The position numbers were made by a program, and so were the translations under genes. This document shows positions 1 through 13,600 of a stretch of DNA of 64,000 nucleotides, piece after piece; the stretch's first letter is position 1, and the number at the start of each line of letters is the position of its first letter. The notes beneath the pieces are model-generated. The model had not been told where the DNA came from and did no database searches. It saw only the letters and a list, made by a program, of their open reading frames with translations. The DNA lies in contig JBEUKZ010000046.1 in NCBI GenBank assembly GCA_048128005.1, positions 124,001 to 188,000 of the forward strand, written 5' to 3'. The stretch comes from Veleropilina oligotropha (Eukaryota).

Positions 1-27
1 AATTATTTACCACAAATAATCATTAAC

Positions 28-1721
28 CAGGGGTAGATCTTCCCTAAAATTTGTGGTACCCAGCAGGGATACCAGAATTGCAAGTCTGGTATCCCGCAAA
101 AATAACTGGTATCCCGTAATTTAAATACAATAATGAATTTTAAATGTTTCTACATCACAATAACAAAAAATTTTTCGTCGATTTTTATTATTGTCGATTT
201 TATAACTTTAATGTTATTTATTTTTATATAATTATTAGCTAAACATAAAAATAATTGTATAGAAAAGAAATATTAATATAAGTACACAAGGTCTCTTATG
301 TATACATATAGTCTGACAACAATATAAGTTAATTTTATAATAAAAAACCATACTCAATATTTTAACTTTTCATTTCAACATAGATATTATTAATATTACT
401 AGCAATGGTACCCGTCTCCGCCGGGTAAGTCCCCCCACCCCAATTTTTTTTTATTTTTTTTTTTTTGGATAGTGCTCCCTTAAATAATTTTTTTTTTCCC
501 GAATTTTCCGAAATTTTTTCGTGGTAAACCTTCCTTGGGGGACCCCGATTAACCCCCCAAAGTTTGAAGGTCCTAGGTCAAAGCGTCTGGGAGGAGTTCA
601 ACTTGAAACAGACAGACAGACAGACAGACACACACACATAAAATTAGAATTTTCCGAATTTTTTTCGTGGTAAACCTTCCTTGGGGGACCCCGATTAACC
701 CCCCAAAGTTTGAAGGTCGTAGGTCAAAGCGTCTGGGAGGAGTTCAACTTGAAACAGACACACACACTATTATTATTATATTAAGATAATATGTGTAAAA
801 TTGTCATATTAATTTTAGTCACAACAATATTACAGTAATAATATTATATAAAATATAATTATTGCTTGAATAAGCATTTATTTAAGTATTTACATTAATA
901 AAGATAAAAAATAATAGCTACTCGAGTATATTTTGGTGGGAAAAATAAGAAATAAAAAGTAAATTCGAGAACGAGGCTTTGTCCTGAGCCATGGACAACT
1001 TGGGCAGTATTGGTATAGAATAAGAAGGAAATTTGAAAACGAGGCTCCTTGCCAAAGTTACTTTGGTCAACCATGGAAAGTTGTGCAGAGCAAGTCAATT
1101 TGGGCACAGCTTCAAGCGGGAGTTCACTTGCCCTAACTTAGGAAGTTAGGCAGAGCTTATTTTGAATTGAGCAGTGCCCAAATTAACTTCGACAAGTGTG
1201 GAATCTGGGCTGTAACAACAGTGGAAGTCAATGGCGGTCGTGTTTATCAGTCCGACAACAGTAGATATTTTACTGTGGAGAGTTGAATAAAGGACACAAG
1301 GTAATGAAGCTTAATTAGGCTTCCTATTTTATTCAAAGGGGATTTGGGCTGTGCTGGGTGTGAATGAAATAATACAAAGAACAATGCATGCACTTTGCGG
1401 TTTACAGACGCTTAATTAGAAGCTGTCGTCACGTGCGGAATAGCAATTAACTTGTTCACGCGCGGCACTGGCTATTGTTTATAAAAGGTCTGCTGAGCCA
1501 GGTTGCAGACGCTCCGAGACCTTTTGTTTTGTTGACAGGCGAGTAGAAATTGGAAGGTAATTAGAGTGTTGTTGCAAGTGGACAACGGGGAAGGGACTTT
1601 GCAGGACACTTTGGGCCAGAATATGTGGTACCCACGCGGATTACCGACTAGAGGATTGTGGTAATCCGATTAGAAATTCGGTAATCCGAGGCTACCGGAT
1701 TACCGTAAAGGTCGACCCCTG
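28..1721. mobile_element. Non-autonomous hAT-like DNA transposon with 5-bp TSD (hAT5-type)
   Basis: Termini CAGGGGTAGATCTT / AAGGTCGACCCCTG, flanked by TTAAC on both sides; both ends are shared with the copy at 6689-9119. Confidence 0.8.
398..787 (+). mobile_element. Helentron/HINE-like non-autonomous element nested in the hAT-like element
   Basis: ACTAG start, CCCG..CGGG subterminal palindrome, two ~150-bp internal repeats, (ACAG)n microsatellite. Confidence 0.6.
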
Positions 1722-2335
1722 TTAACTAATAATACGATACGTCGACTCCTAAGGCATCAAATCTTACCTACTACTTAAATTTTCCTTTAAAGCAAAACGA
1801 ATTAAAAAAACACGTGGTGTCTGGAATTTCCGACAACTTTCACTTTGTAAATGTCACTTTTTCATTAAGAAATAATGCAGGGCACCTAAACATTGGAAAC
1901 GAAGTAATTAAGTACTATATCAATATCAAAATAATCATTATATTGAAAAATTGCGTGCGCCAGAAGCGGCGACCGTTGACGGAAAATCCCGAACACGAAA
2001 GCGTAAAATTTAGTTTTCGAACATGGCGCTGACATCGCAACGAAGTCCCGTACAGATCAAGTATCGTTTATTTTTGTTTTGCAAACGATGTTACTATTAT
2101 TATAAACCGTAGTAACGTCGTACTTTATAAAACGGTTGCAATCGATGTTTAATCCAGCAGGGGTACCACATATTGCATAAAAATATACTAATTTCCAATA
2201 TGGCGAAAACGATAATTGTTATAAATTGATCTGAAGTAATTGTAAATTGGGAAAAAATATATGTACAACAATGGGGCCGCCAGGAAAAAGTGGGGCCGCC
2301 CGGCGGCCCTAAAAGAATGCCAGAATCATCCCTGC

Positions 2336-3492
2336 ACGTGTATACCAAATTTAATTTAAATCCATGAAGGCATTCTCAAGATATCACCCGGATATGAAAA
2401 AAAAATTGCAAGTGAATCAAGGGACATAACTCCATTATGTGAAGTCAGAATTTTACCGAAATCGAACTGCAATTAGCTATTATGATCGTACACGTGCATA
2501 CCAAATTTAATTTAAATCCATGAAGGCATTCTCAAGTTATCACCCGGAAATGGAAAAAAAATTGGCAAGTTGATGAAGGAACATAACTCCCTTATGTGAA
2601 GGCGGAATTTTACCGAAATCAAACTCTACTTAGCTATTATGATCATACACGTGAATACCAAATTTAATCTAAATCCATGAAGGCATTCTCAAGTTACCGC
2701 CTGGAAATCGAAAAATGTTTCCAAGTGAATCAAGGGGCATGTCTCTCTTATGTGACATCGGAATTGTACAGAAATCGAACTCTACTTAGCTATTATGATC
2801 ATCCACTTGCATACGAAATTTAATTGAAATCCATGAAGGCATTCTCAAGTTATCACCCGGAAATGGAAAAAAAAATGGATCAAGGGACAAGTGGATCAAG
2901 GGACATAACTCCGTTTTGTGAAGACGGAATTCTACCGAAATCGAACTCCAATTAGCTATTATGATCATACACATGAATACCAAATTTAATTGAAATCCAT
3001 GAAGGCATTCTCAAGTTATCATCCGGAAATGGAAAAACATTTGCAAGTGGATCAGATCAAGGCACATAACTCCGTTATGTGATGTCAGAATTTTACCGAA
3101 ATCGAACAGCAATTAGCTATTATGAAGATACACGTGAACACCAAATTTAATTTAAATCCATGAAGGCATTCTCAAGTTACCGCCCGGATATGGGAAAAAA
3201 AAATTGCAAGTGGATCAATGGCCTTTTACCGAAATCGAATATCACTTATCTTTCTCAAGTTACCGCCTGGAAATTAAAAAATGTTTCCAAGTCAATCAAG
3301 GGGCATAACTCCGTTATGTGACATCGGAATTTTACCAAAGCCGAACACTTGGCTATTATGATTATCCACTTGCGTACCAAATTTAATTGAAATCCATGAA
3401 GGCATTCTCAAGTTATTGCCCAGGAAATGAAGTTCGGACGGACGGACGTGTGCAACACTATATGCCCCCAAACTTCTTTTAGGGGGCTTAAA
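2336..3492 (+). repeat. HINE-like element with an internal array of ~120-bp satellite units (AAATCCATGAAGGCATTCTCAAG family)
   Basis: About nine tandem units, then (GGAC)n and a 3' stem-loop GCCCCC..GGGGGC; a reverse-oriented relative lies at 26103-27230. Confidence 0.85.
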
Positions 3493-4550
3493 TATGGTTA
3501 TCATTAGCTTTTAGTGTTCGGAAACTGGAATAATATAATAATAACACATGGAATATTTATATACAGTGTTGTTGCGATAAGCAGAAATAGTTTTGGATTT
3601 TACGGGACGTTACTTCTGTTTACCTTGCTTCATTCCCATGTTGGGTCAATTGTAATATTCCTCTCTAGCACAACATCCGTCACGTTGTTGCAGAAACTGA
3701 ATGTATCGCTTCCATTTTCATTAATATTTACTAATATGTTTTTTGTGACACATACTCTGTGTACGCATGTTCAAGCATATAAGACTGAGTTATTAAATCA
3801 TTTGACATAGGCAAAGCTATGATACTGTGCATCGGTTTACCTATAGGCTATAAAAAAGTACTGGTAGCTCATAGCTCTTCTTCCTATGCTGGTCACAGTG
3901 GTGTGTCGATGATGTAGTGTATTTATAGAACATGATGGCGTCTAGGCATTCAAGTACAATTGCCTATATTTTTCTAATATATAAATATAAAATTGGTCCA
4001 ATATGGCTAAGTTTCATTTAATTAATGATTATTTTTAATAGAATAATTCGATATTCTACTGGAATATTCCTTTAACGTTTTCCGACGATCTACCAGTTGA
4101 GCTATTGAGGACAGTTCTGTTAGATAATGACACACCAGACATGATAATCGAACACACAATACACATAGACTGTGTATCAGATATCGTTACATTACTTGTA
4201 AATAGTCATTGCATAAAAGCTGCTTCAGCAGAAATAAAGCATATAGGACCAAACATTGGTCAACTTGCATTTATTTAGTCAAAGGGAGACAACTGTAAAC
4301 GGACTAACGATTGTTTAATTATCATAACTGTTATAAGTTGCTGTCATATTTCCAAAAATAAGGTAAATATGAACAGATATTGGTACACTGTGCCTGCCAC
4401 GAAGAATTGAGTATCCACAATTGTTGTGGATACATTTCGTAATATACCTTACATTTACTGTCCACCAGGTATCAACTGATAAAGTGTTGGAAATACATGG
4501 GAAGAGAGGAGGAACAGTTTAAATCTTGTGGTTGACATAACTGATCTTAC

Positions 4551-4652
4551 CTTTATAAACTGTACTTTTGAATTCAGTTTGATTCCCAGCAAAATACACA
4601 TGAGGGCAAGTTGACAACATGAAAGGGTCTTCACTGTAGAAAGGGTAGCATC
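4551..4652 (-). CDS. POLD2: POLD2 coding exon 9 ([34 protein letters not shown])
   Basis: TTTGTAG acceptor, GTAAGA donor, 102 nt; CYPF..DPF..PHVYF motif. Confidence 0.96.
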
Positions 4653-7600
4653 CTACAAAATGAATGATTTATTACTGACACATTTTATGGCACATTTATG
4701 GTACATTTGAACACACTTCAAGGTGATACATTAGTAGTCATTTACAGACTGTTCTGTACGTGTCAATCTTTTCATCATTAATTTGTGTACTGGTTTTGCT
4801 ACCCTTCTTTATCATAATTGTTCACGTTGTGTATTCTCATCAACTTTCCTTATAAATCCGCTTTAAAGACCAGGGTGCCACTATAAAAGGAAGTAGTCGG
4901 TGGCCAGGTCATTTTTGAGTTGGTAACCGGTGAGATCACATTGAAGAATCGTCATATGATTGGTTGGCAAATTGTGGAAACAAGACTGCGAGTTTGATTG
5001 ACAGTCACATCAGAAAAGACGTACCTAATTACTGTGATGTACTGATATGTTTTTTTAATGAAAGCAATTAAATTTCACAGGCAAGCTTGGATAACCGACG
5101 ATAGAAGGTCACGCCTCAAAAGCGCAGGGATCGCCTACCCACTGGGTGGTTGCAGACTCCGGCCTTTAAACTTGGTCCTCATTAACCGTGAGATTGATAT
5201 TTGATCAATAAAACTTCTCGTGTCAATTGATATTTGTTTCAGTTAACAAACCCATGTAATGAGTTAGATCTGGCGGCTGGACAGTGACAAATGATTTGAC
5301 AATTTGCCAACATCATTTCAATGGAAGAGTCAACTATAGTAATATGCCCATGAGCCTGATCTAATCTGCATTTCTATGTTTTAAGGGGTTACGGCTTGCA
5401 ATTTACAATAGATTTTCATGGTGTGTTTGACACATAATACACTGATACCCCTTCGCGATGTCCACATAATGCATCTCCCTGTCACTCAAAATTTTATGTT
5501 TGATATCGCTCGGGCTGGCAGTGTATTATTTATTACATAAAGCACATTTCATTGAAAATTTTACTAACATAATTTGCTAAACCGACTTGTAAAATATATA
5601 TGCCTGTATTTCAACAAGAAATAATATCCATTACATGATGCTTCAGTGAATTCCTGTTTAATCTGATTATCTTTGAGGATCTGGCAACTTTAATAATAAA
5701 CTAGGTGCATGCTTACTTGTGTCAACTTTATATGCAATCTGAAGAAATATTGTATGGTATTAAATATTAAAAAACTTAAGCTTATAAAACAGGGAAAACC
5801 AAACCGTACCAGCCAGTGATATGAACAACTGTGATCTCCAAATGTACAAATTTCCCACTCGAGGATTTAAACTCATGCATGTGCATCATAGCAGTCAGGC
5901 TGGTAAACTGAGAGCGACACTGTTATCAACTACCAAAGGTTTGTAATAGCTTACCTAATGTATCTGGAGCAGTAGGGGCCATGTGACCCCAGAGTAGGGT
6001 CTTTTCTAGGATGTCTAAGCGATCGTTTAATGAGCTGTAGTGATAGATGTCATGGATTGGTTGACCAGAACTACCTAAAAAGCTGCAAAAGAAGCATTTA
6101 AATAAATGTGACGATGAATCACAGGTAAAACTAACTAGCACTCTTATATATCATTGCATGTGATCAATCCATAACTTCGATCTACAAATAAACAAAATAT
6201 GTCAAACCACACTGCCAAATATAAAAATTCTTGCAAATTTTTCATAATAATTAAATATTGAATCATAAATAAAACGATCTAGATGTTGTTTATTGGTTTC
6301 AAGTGATGACAAAATGTAAAATTGCTTACATACATATGAATGTGATGATGATGAGGAATGGATGTTTAATGACCACACCAACAGTATTTCAGTTATAAAT
6401 CGGGTCAATAAAATTTGAACGATGAATGAATTGGTGCTGTGTACGTATGAAAAATATATTCCAAAGTAAATAATTTTAGGGCTATTCCAGTAAAATATCC
6501 CATCCAAGGCAAAAATCTCTTCTATGGGTGGTCACAAAATATAGCAAATAACTAGCGAATCCTCGACCCAGAAAGTCTAGGGGATGTATCCCCTCCCACG
6601 GTAGCAAAAATCAGTAGGCACTGTGTCCTCATCATACTAAACATGTATACCAAATTTGAATCAAATCGGATTAGAACTATTCACTGTACAGGGGTAGATG
6701 TTCCCAAAAATTGTGGTACCCAGCAGGGATACCACAAATGAATTTCTGGTATCCCGTAAACATAACTGGTATCCCATAATTTAAAGCATTAATTTAATTT
6801 TAGTTGAACTTAAAAAACTATAAAACACAATCAAACTTTTACTTAATTTGGAACCGTCAACTCATTTTAATTTCCTGTCCTTGTCCACAAGGTCCGGACA
6901 ATAAGCATCTGACATTCTATCATTTAATTATTTATATTAATATTAGGAACATATTGATGTGATTAATTTATTCAGTCTGCATAAATCATTAATTTTCCAT
7001 TGACAATTATTATCCAATGGCAAAGGAAATGTTTTGTTGTCATATCATAATTTTTATGGTCACATTTGGATATGTCATTTTCACAACATTTAGCCATTAT
7101 CTTGAAATAAATAAATAAAATTTTCAATTTATCAATAAATTATAATACACCTTAATTATTTTTAACTTCCTTTTATATGTTTGCTAATAAAATGGTCATT
7201 TTTCTGTTCAATAATCATGACGTATCAGCTACTTTATCTTGAAATTGTTCCATTATAGTTTAAGACGAAAGAATCCCTGGCTATACTAGTCTATATCAAT
7301 TACGCTATTATAACGAACGAAGTTCGTCCTATAGATTAGGTACATGACCACAATATCTACACATACCTGTGCATACCTTGCAACTTGAACCGGATGGTCA
7401 CGAATTTACCACTGTGCAAACTCGAGTCAGCCATGTTTCGAATGTTTGTGTTCATCACTAGATCTTGTTGATCTTGTTTTATTGGAGTACCAAAATTTTG
7501 CACCATCGAGACATGCACAACGTAACGGGACAACGGACGATTTTAAACTTAAAATTATCCAAGTACAATAATAATAATAATAATAATAATAATACTCCGG

Positions 7601-10600
7601 TCTTATATAGCGCATTATTACGCTAGTGTCTCAATGCGCTGAACATTATTACCCCTGGTTATGGGCCTTTTCCACTCGATATGCCATCTCAACTCCCTCT
7701 GGGAGCATTACAGTCATTTACACGCGGGAAGCGCCGTGACTTACATAACTGCCAACCAGGTACCCATTCATATCGGCTGGGTGGACCGAGGCAAATATAT
7801 GCTTATTTCCTTGCCCAAGTGAAATCGTCGAGCCTTGGGGGCGAACTCGAGACTCTGTGACCAGAGTCCTGTGAACAACCCACTGAGCCACGACGGCATA
7901 TGACACTTATAATGCGACAAATTGATATACACCTATTACTCTCATCTATGCATATATCTTTTGCTACAAGAATGGCGTGATGTTTTGACAAATTGTGACG
8001 TCGGAGAAAATGCATAGCTAAGCAACAATGGGTGATGTCGCGGAATGTGTGTCAGCTTAAACTAGACGTTATTATCAATAAAAGGTGCATTTCAAAAATT
8101 AAGAAGAAATCGCAGGGTACGGATTTCATAATTTTTGTTTGTGTATAATCTATTCTGCATTCGTATCTAGGTGCTACCTACAACATATTATATAATATAT
8201 AATAGTGCAATTGATATAGACTAGTATAGACATGGATAATATACATGTAATTATTTTCCCAGCTGTAGCCTTCATCGCTCTTTTTGACATGTCGTCATCT
8301 GGCCGATAGCTTAGAGAAATTATAACGCGGTAGCCGTGTCATTTAGTAAAACAGCAAATGATTGGCCTAGCATAACTCATTGACCAATGAAAACACGTGA
8401 TAGGCTTTTTACAATATGAACAAAAAATGGCAGCCACAAAGCGATGTTTTCAAGTAGCAACTTTCACATTGTCGAGTCTGCAGTGTCGGATAACGATTTT
8501 TATAATAAACTCGTGGAACATTGATGTAATAGCCTACTGGAACCACTGACAAGTGACAGTAGCTGACCGAGGGAGGAATGATGCTTAATATCCTGTATAT
8601 TTACAACATCGAGGTTCAAGGCAGGACATGTCCGTGTTATCGCGGGAGGAAACCCCGGTCGCCCGGGTAAACCCGCCCTCTTCGGCCAGTCACGGACAAC
8701 TGTGATTCATAACTTGAACAAATTTCAATGCCTCAGCCAGGTATTGAACCCACTACTGTTCGCATTAGCGGAATCAAGCCAGTGAAGTTAGAGTGGACAC
8801 TCTAACCACTGCGCTGACCGACATCAAGGTACTAATTGTTGGTCGCCAGAGGTAAATACGGGAAGCTGTTCACACCTGGGTACGTTTTCACAAGCCCGAA
8901 ATAAAATAATTAGGTTTTTTGTTTTGTTGATAGGTGATTAGTAATTGGAAATTAATTAGGGTGTTGTTTCAAGTGGACAATGGGTGAATGGACTATGGAA
9001 GTTAATTTGGCCTTCTGAATATCTGGTTCCCACACGGGTCACTGAAAAGGCCATAGTGGTAATCCGTTTAGATATCTGGTAACTTCGGGTTACCGGATAA
9101 CCGTGAAGGTCGACCCCTGCTGTAGATCGCGCACAAGAAATATCTTCAAATAAAATGGCCGTCACCATCTTGGATCCGAAAACAAAAGGAAATCGTTAGG
9201 CAGCGTGTCTTCATCACAACTAACGTGCATATCAAATCGGAAAATAATTTTTCAGTGTCGAGCAAGCGGGCACAAGAAATATCTTCAAATAAAATGGCCG
9301 CCATGGCAGCCATCTTGGATCAAAAAATGACCAAAAATCGTTAGGTGTTGTGTCCTCATCATAACTAACATGCATACCAAATTTGAATCAAATCGGATAA
9401 TAACTTTTCACTGTAGAGCGCATACAATAAATCTCATCAAACAAAATGGCCACCATGGTGGCCATCTTGTATCTGAAAACGACAAAAATGTTTAGGCGGC
9501 ATGTACTCATCATAACAAACGCGCATACCATATATGAATAAAATCCGATAATAACTTTTTACAGTAGAGCGCATACAGGAGATCTCTCCAAACAAAATGA
9601 CCGCCACAGCAGCCATCTTGGATCTGAAACAACGAAAATCGTTAGGTGGCGTGTCCTCATCATAACTGACGTGCATACCAAATTTGAATCAAATTGGTTT
9701 ATAACCTTTCACTGTAGAGCGCACACAAGACATCTCTGCGGCGGCGGCTGAACGATGCCTAAACCATACAATTATATTGTTTATCATTGTTTAAATAAAT
9801 AACTTATGTTTGTGGTCCCCTTTTGAAAAATCTGCAGTCAGGGTAAATATTTACTGGACTAGCCCATACATTATCCTGACATAGTGACTTCTATATTTCA
9901 GGAATATATAAAATTTTGTGAAAAGGTGAAATATGTTTGGATATTATAGAAAACCAATTGTATAATTTGATAACATCAACAAAGGATGGGTATCTGGTAA
10001 CAATGTAATATCCTAGATGGGTAACTTATGAGCTAATATAGCCAAATATGAAATTTTCAACACTGCAACATGGTTCGAAATAGGCTATTGTCCTATTGCC
10101 CGGGACAATAAAAATCCTGTGCGGACAACCTTTTATTCCAAAACACTTGTCCGGTGGACAATGAAATATTTATGCAGCGATTGCTAAACTTGCCTGTTGC
10201 AGATAATAGTTCCCATCATATTGTGGCTTTTCAGTGTTCTCACTGAGTGAATAGACTAATATTTCACTGGTTTATTTCCTCCGTTTATTCTGAAGTCAAA
10301 GCAAATTGTAACTCAACAGGCTAAAGTTGCAATTGGCCACATAATAGCCGCCATGTTTATTTAAAACTAAACTATATAGAAGCTTATAGCGTATTTTCAT
10401 TGGTCAATGAATAATGCTTAAGCCAATCAACTGTTGTGTTAGTAAATGACACGGCTACTTGAATATTATTGATCCAATCTTGCAGATGACCAGTCAAAAC
10501 AATAAATGAATGATAAATCGAGTCCCAATGATTCATTTTAGCATAAATGCTGGAGATTCTTTGAACTTGAACTTTAAAGGAACTAATTAATGATTTCAAT

Positions 10601-13600
10601 AAATGATTTAAACTACATGTCAAGATAGACTGTCCAGATGGTAGGCTATTATTTACTGAGCAAAAAGTGTCACTGTATTTTTAGCAAATTGCATTTAAGT
10701 TAATAAAGTTTAAAGGTTATAATAATAATACATTATTTCTGTTGTCGATATTAAAATGGTCATTAAAGAATTAGTATGTATAATAAAATTTTAATATGTG
10801 AAATATTGAAAGACACAAAAATATAAAATAAATTAATCCAATTATTTCATTATTTATATTTTCTTCTAAATAAGTCAGGGTTATATTAATTACCAAAAGA
10901 AAGTTAATAAAATATGACATTCATTAATTTAAAACAGAAAATAAAAGGATTATACTGTTTATATGTGGTAAAGTGAATGATATAAAGTGATATTTAATAT
11001 TTGCTACTAGTCACTATAAGTGAATTTTCTTTGGCTGGCTCGTGAAATTTTGATTTGGCTACTAAAAAGGTGGCAGTCAAAGGCCGGTATGGATAAATCG
11101 TAAGTTTGGCTAGTATTGTGTATATTATCTGGGATATTACCTTCGCGATTATCGCAATTAATAATATGGAAAAATGCATTGTAAATGGTAAAAAAGGATA
11201 ACTGATAGTATTAACAGACATTAAGTGTTATTATCTAAAGCCCTGTAGATAGTTTTTGTTTTCTGTAAATTCGGACAAGAAAATTGTGAGTCGGGCAACA
11301 AAAATTGCCATAAAGGTTTCCCGAAAGAAATTTTTATTTCTAACCCTGCTGCAATTCTTGTAATACTGTATTTGTCCGCAGATAAGTCAATATTTTTTTC
11401 AAAATTTTGGATTCTCATAGTTAGGGGGTCGTCTTATGTGCCGGACATATAATATTTCATGTCGAATGTTGGAGAAATCTACAAAAATGTACTGTTTTCA
11501 ACTTTGTTAATTACGTAGGACAACTTATGACAACGCGAAAAAGATTATCGTGTCGACTTTTAACACTGTTTTTTTACAACATTTTAAACTTTATTAACTT
11601 TTATCTTACCAGATTGTCTTTGCAGATAAAAATAAAAGTCAATACATATTCCGAATGCGTCGTCAAGCAGCGTTCCATCTCAGGGGGACAAAATGGGTGC
11701 ACGTTTGCAAACATATATCGCTCGACATGCTATCAGCTTAATTGATTGGAAGCAGTTAATCTTATTAAGTTGACATTTTTACAACTGTTTTTCCTACGCT
11801 CAACGCTTCAAACAAAAGAATGTAATTGTCGCAGTACGGTTTCTACTATACTACAAATTTTATTGAACAAAGAATTTAAACATGGATTCGCAAATGTGAC
11901 AATGACGATGTACTGAACCACGGTATGCCTAATCAATAATTATTAGGCTATCCAGAATCATAATTAAATGTACATTAGATTTAATACCCCACTATTAAAT
12001 ATATTTACAGACAAGCAAAAATTCAAACCAATATTATGATATAATGATGGATATGACAACATTTTATTGCCAACATAACACAATAGGGTGTTGGAATTTT
12101 CACGACGGTTGAAATCAAAAAGTGAGCCACTGACTTATCTGAGCGACATGCAAAAAGTTGTAGTTCCAAAGACAAAAGTTGGGGGGTCGACCAATCCGCG
12201 AAGTCGACCAATACACGGACAAATACGGTAATAATATTATGAAAACATTTACCTGACACCAGCAACGTTACATTGGTAGGGGTTCGTGACACTGTGGAAT
12301 GTTGGGTACTGTGCTGCCTGAGGGAACATGCACCTGTGTAATGGCTGCTGGGGTAGCGTGAAGTTGGCAGGATCAAATTCGCCTGGCATCAAATCCACAT
12401 CCACACTTGCCTACATGAAAGAAGTTGTACATACATGTCACATTGTGCATGCCAAATACGTTAGGACGACCATAAATTTAGCTTTTAATACAGCAAATGA
12501 ATATGAATTATAAGACCAGGATGTTCAATTCTGGTTTGTTAGGTATTGAAGCATAATTTTCACGTCACGTAAGATTTAGTTATTGACAGAGGAAATGAGG
12601 AAAGGGTCATATTTTTTAAACGCATTATTCTGTACATTTGATTGCAATCAAAATTATTAAAACTCAATAATAGCCTATCAAAAAACATTTTAAGATTAAA
12701 TATTCAGATAACTCACGGCCAATTGGACTAAAGTTTCATCCAGACTTTTGATCGCTTCCACACTGCCTGCTGTGGTCTTTTTAGTCAGGTACTTTGCCTA
12801 AGTGAAATAATGACAGATATAGAAACAATCACTTTCCTGCCAGCATAGTCTCGGCTCGTCTTATTTATTTTATAACAGTTTTCATACATCAAAGTCTCGA
12901 TGTGACTATTTTGTAGGTCATAGATTTTATTCAATTCGATTTAACCATATCATGTAAACTGTTACAGTATTAATGTAAGATAAAATATCGTCACAAGTAT
13001 TACGTAACTTTAATATGATGCTGGACTACGGCGCTAGCTATCTGTCAGAGTTGGATTCCCGGGTGTGCAGATCATTTGTCACAGGTATACCTCGTCTGCA
13101 TTGAGATATCAAGACCCCGACTACAGACACGACTGAAATAATGCTAAAATGTGGTCGTAAAATTAAAATGATTCAAATGAAATCAAACCCATGACAAAAT
13201 ATTGCTAAAATTCTGTATTCACAGACAAGAATAACTAAAGAATGTCACATTTAAGCATACAAAGAATGTCATATTTCAAGTATGCAGATGGCATATAGTA
13301 GACATCGTAAACATTATCAATCCTTAAATTAAAGAATTTTTCGTATAAATATATATATATTTGGACTCTTATTTTTCAATCTGTGGACCTGTTATTACCT
13401 TGCTGAGACTGTCTTTGTCTTTTGTTGATTGACTCAGGGAATTCCCGCACACAATAACGCGGACGATGGACGCCGAGGCTTCCTGTTGCCCTTCATCCCC
13501 GAGTTGCCCGGTAACCAGGTCAACCAACATCTGCAGCTGGAGAACATGATGAACACTGCCACCAATGTCAAGGCCGCTCACCAGAAGGACAAATCTAGAA

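Larger units (their letters stand above)
6689..9119. mobile_element. Second hAT5-type element carrying nested insertions
   Basis: CAGGGGTAGATG...GGTCGACCCCTG with 5-bp TSD CTGTA; it splits a satellite unit (ttcactgta|gag) of its host. Confidence 0.85.
6551..9770 (+). repeat. HINE-like host element (6551-6688 and 9120-9770) with ~120-bp AAAATGGCCGCC..GCCATCTTGGAT units
   Basis: ACTAG start; about five tandem units resume exactly after the hAT insertion. Confidence 0.75.

Noticed and set aside
1..4550. Final POLD2 coding exon
   Set aside because: I found no segment matching the expected VPxF..LVNL C-terminus; it is probably left of the window.
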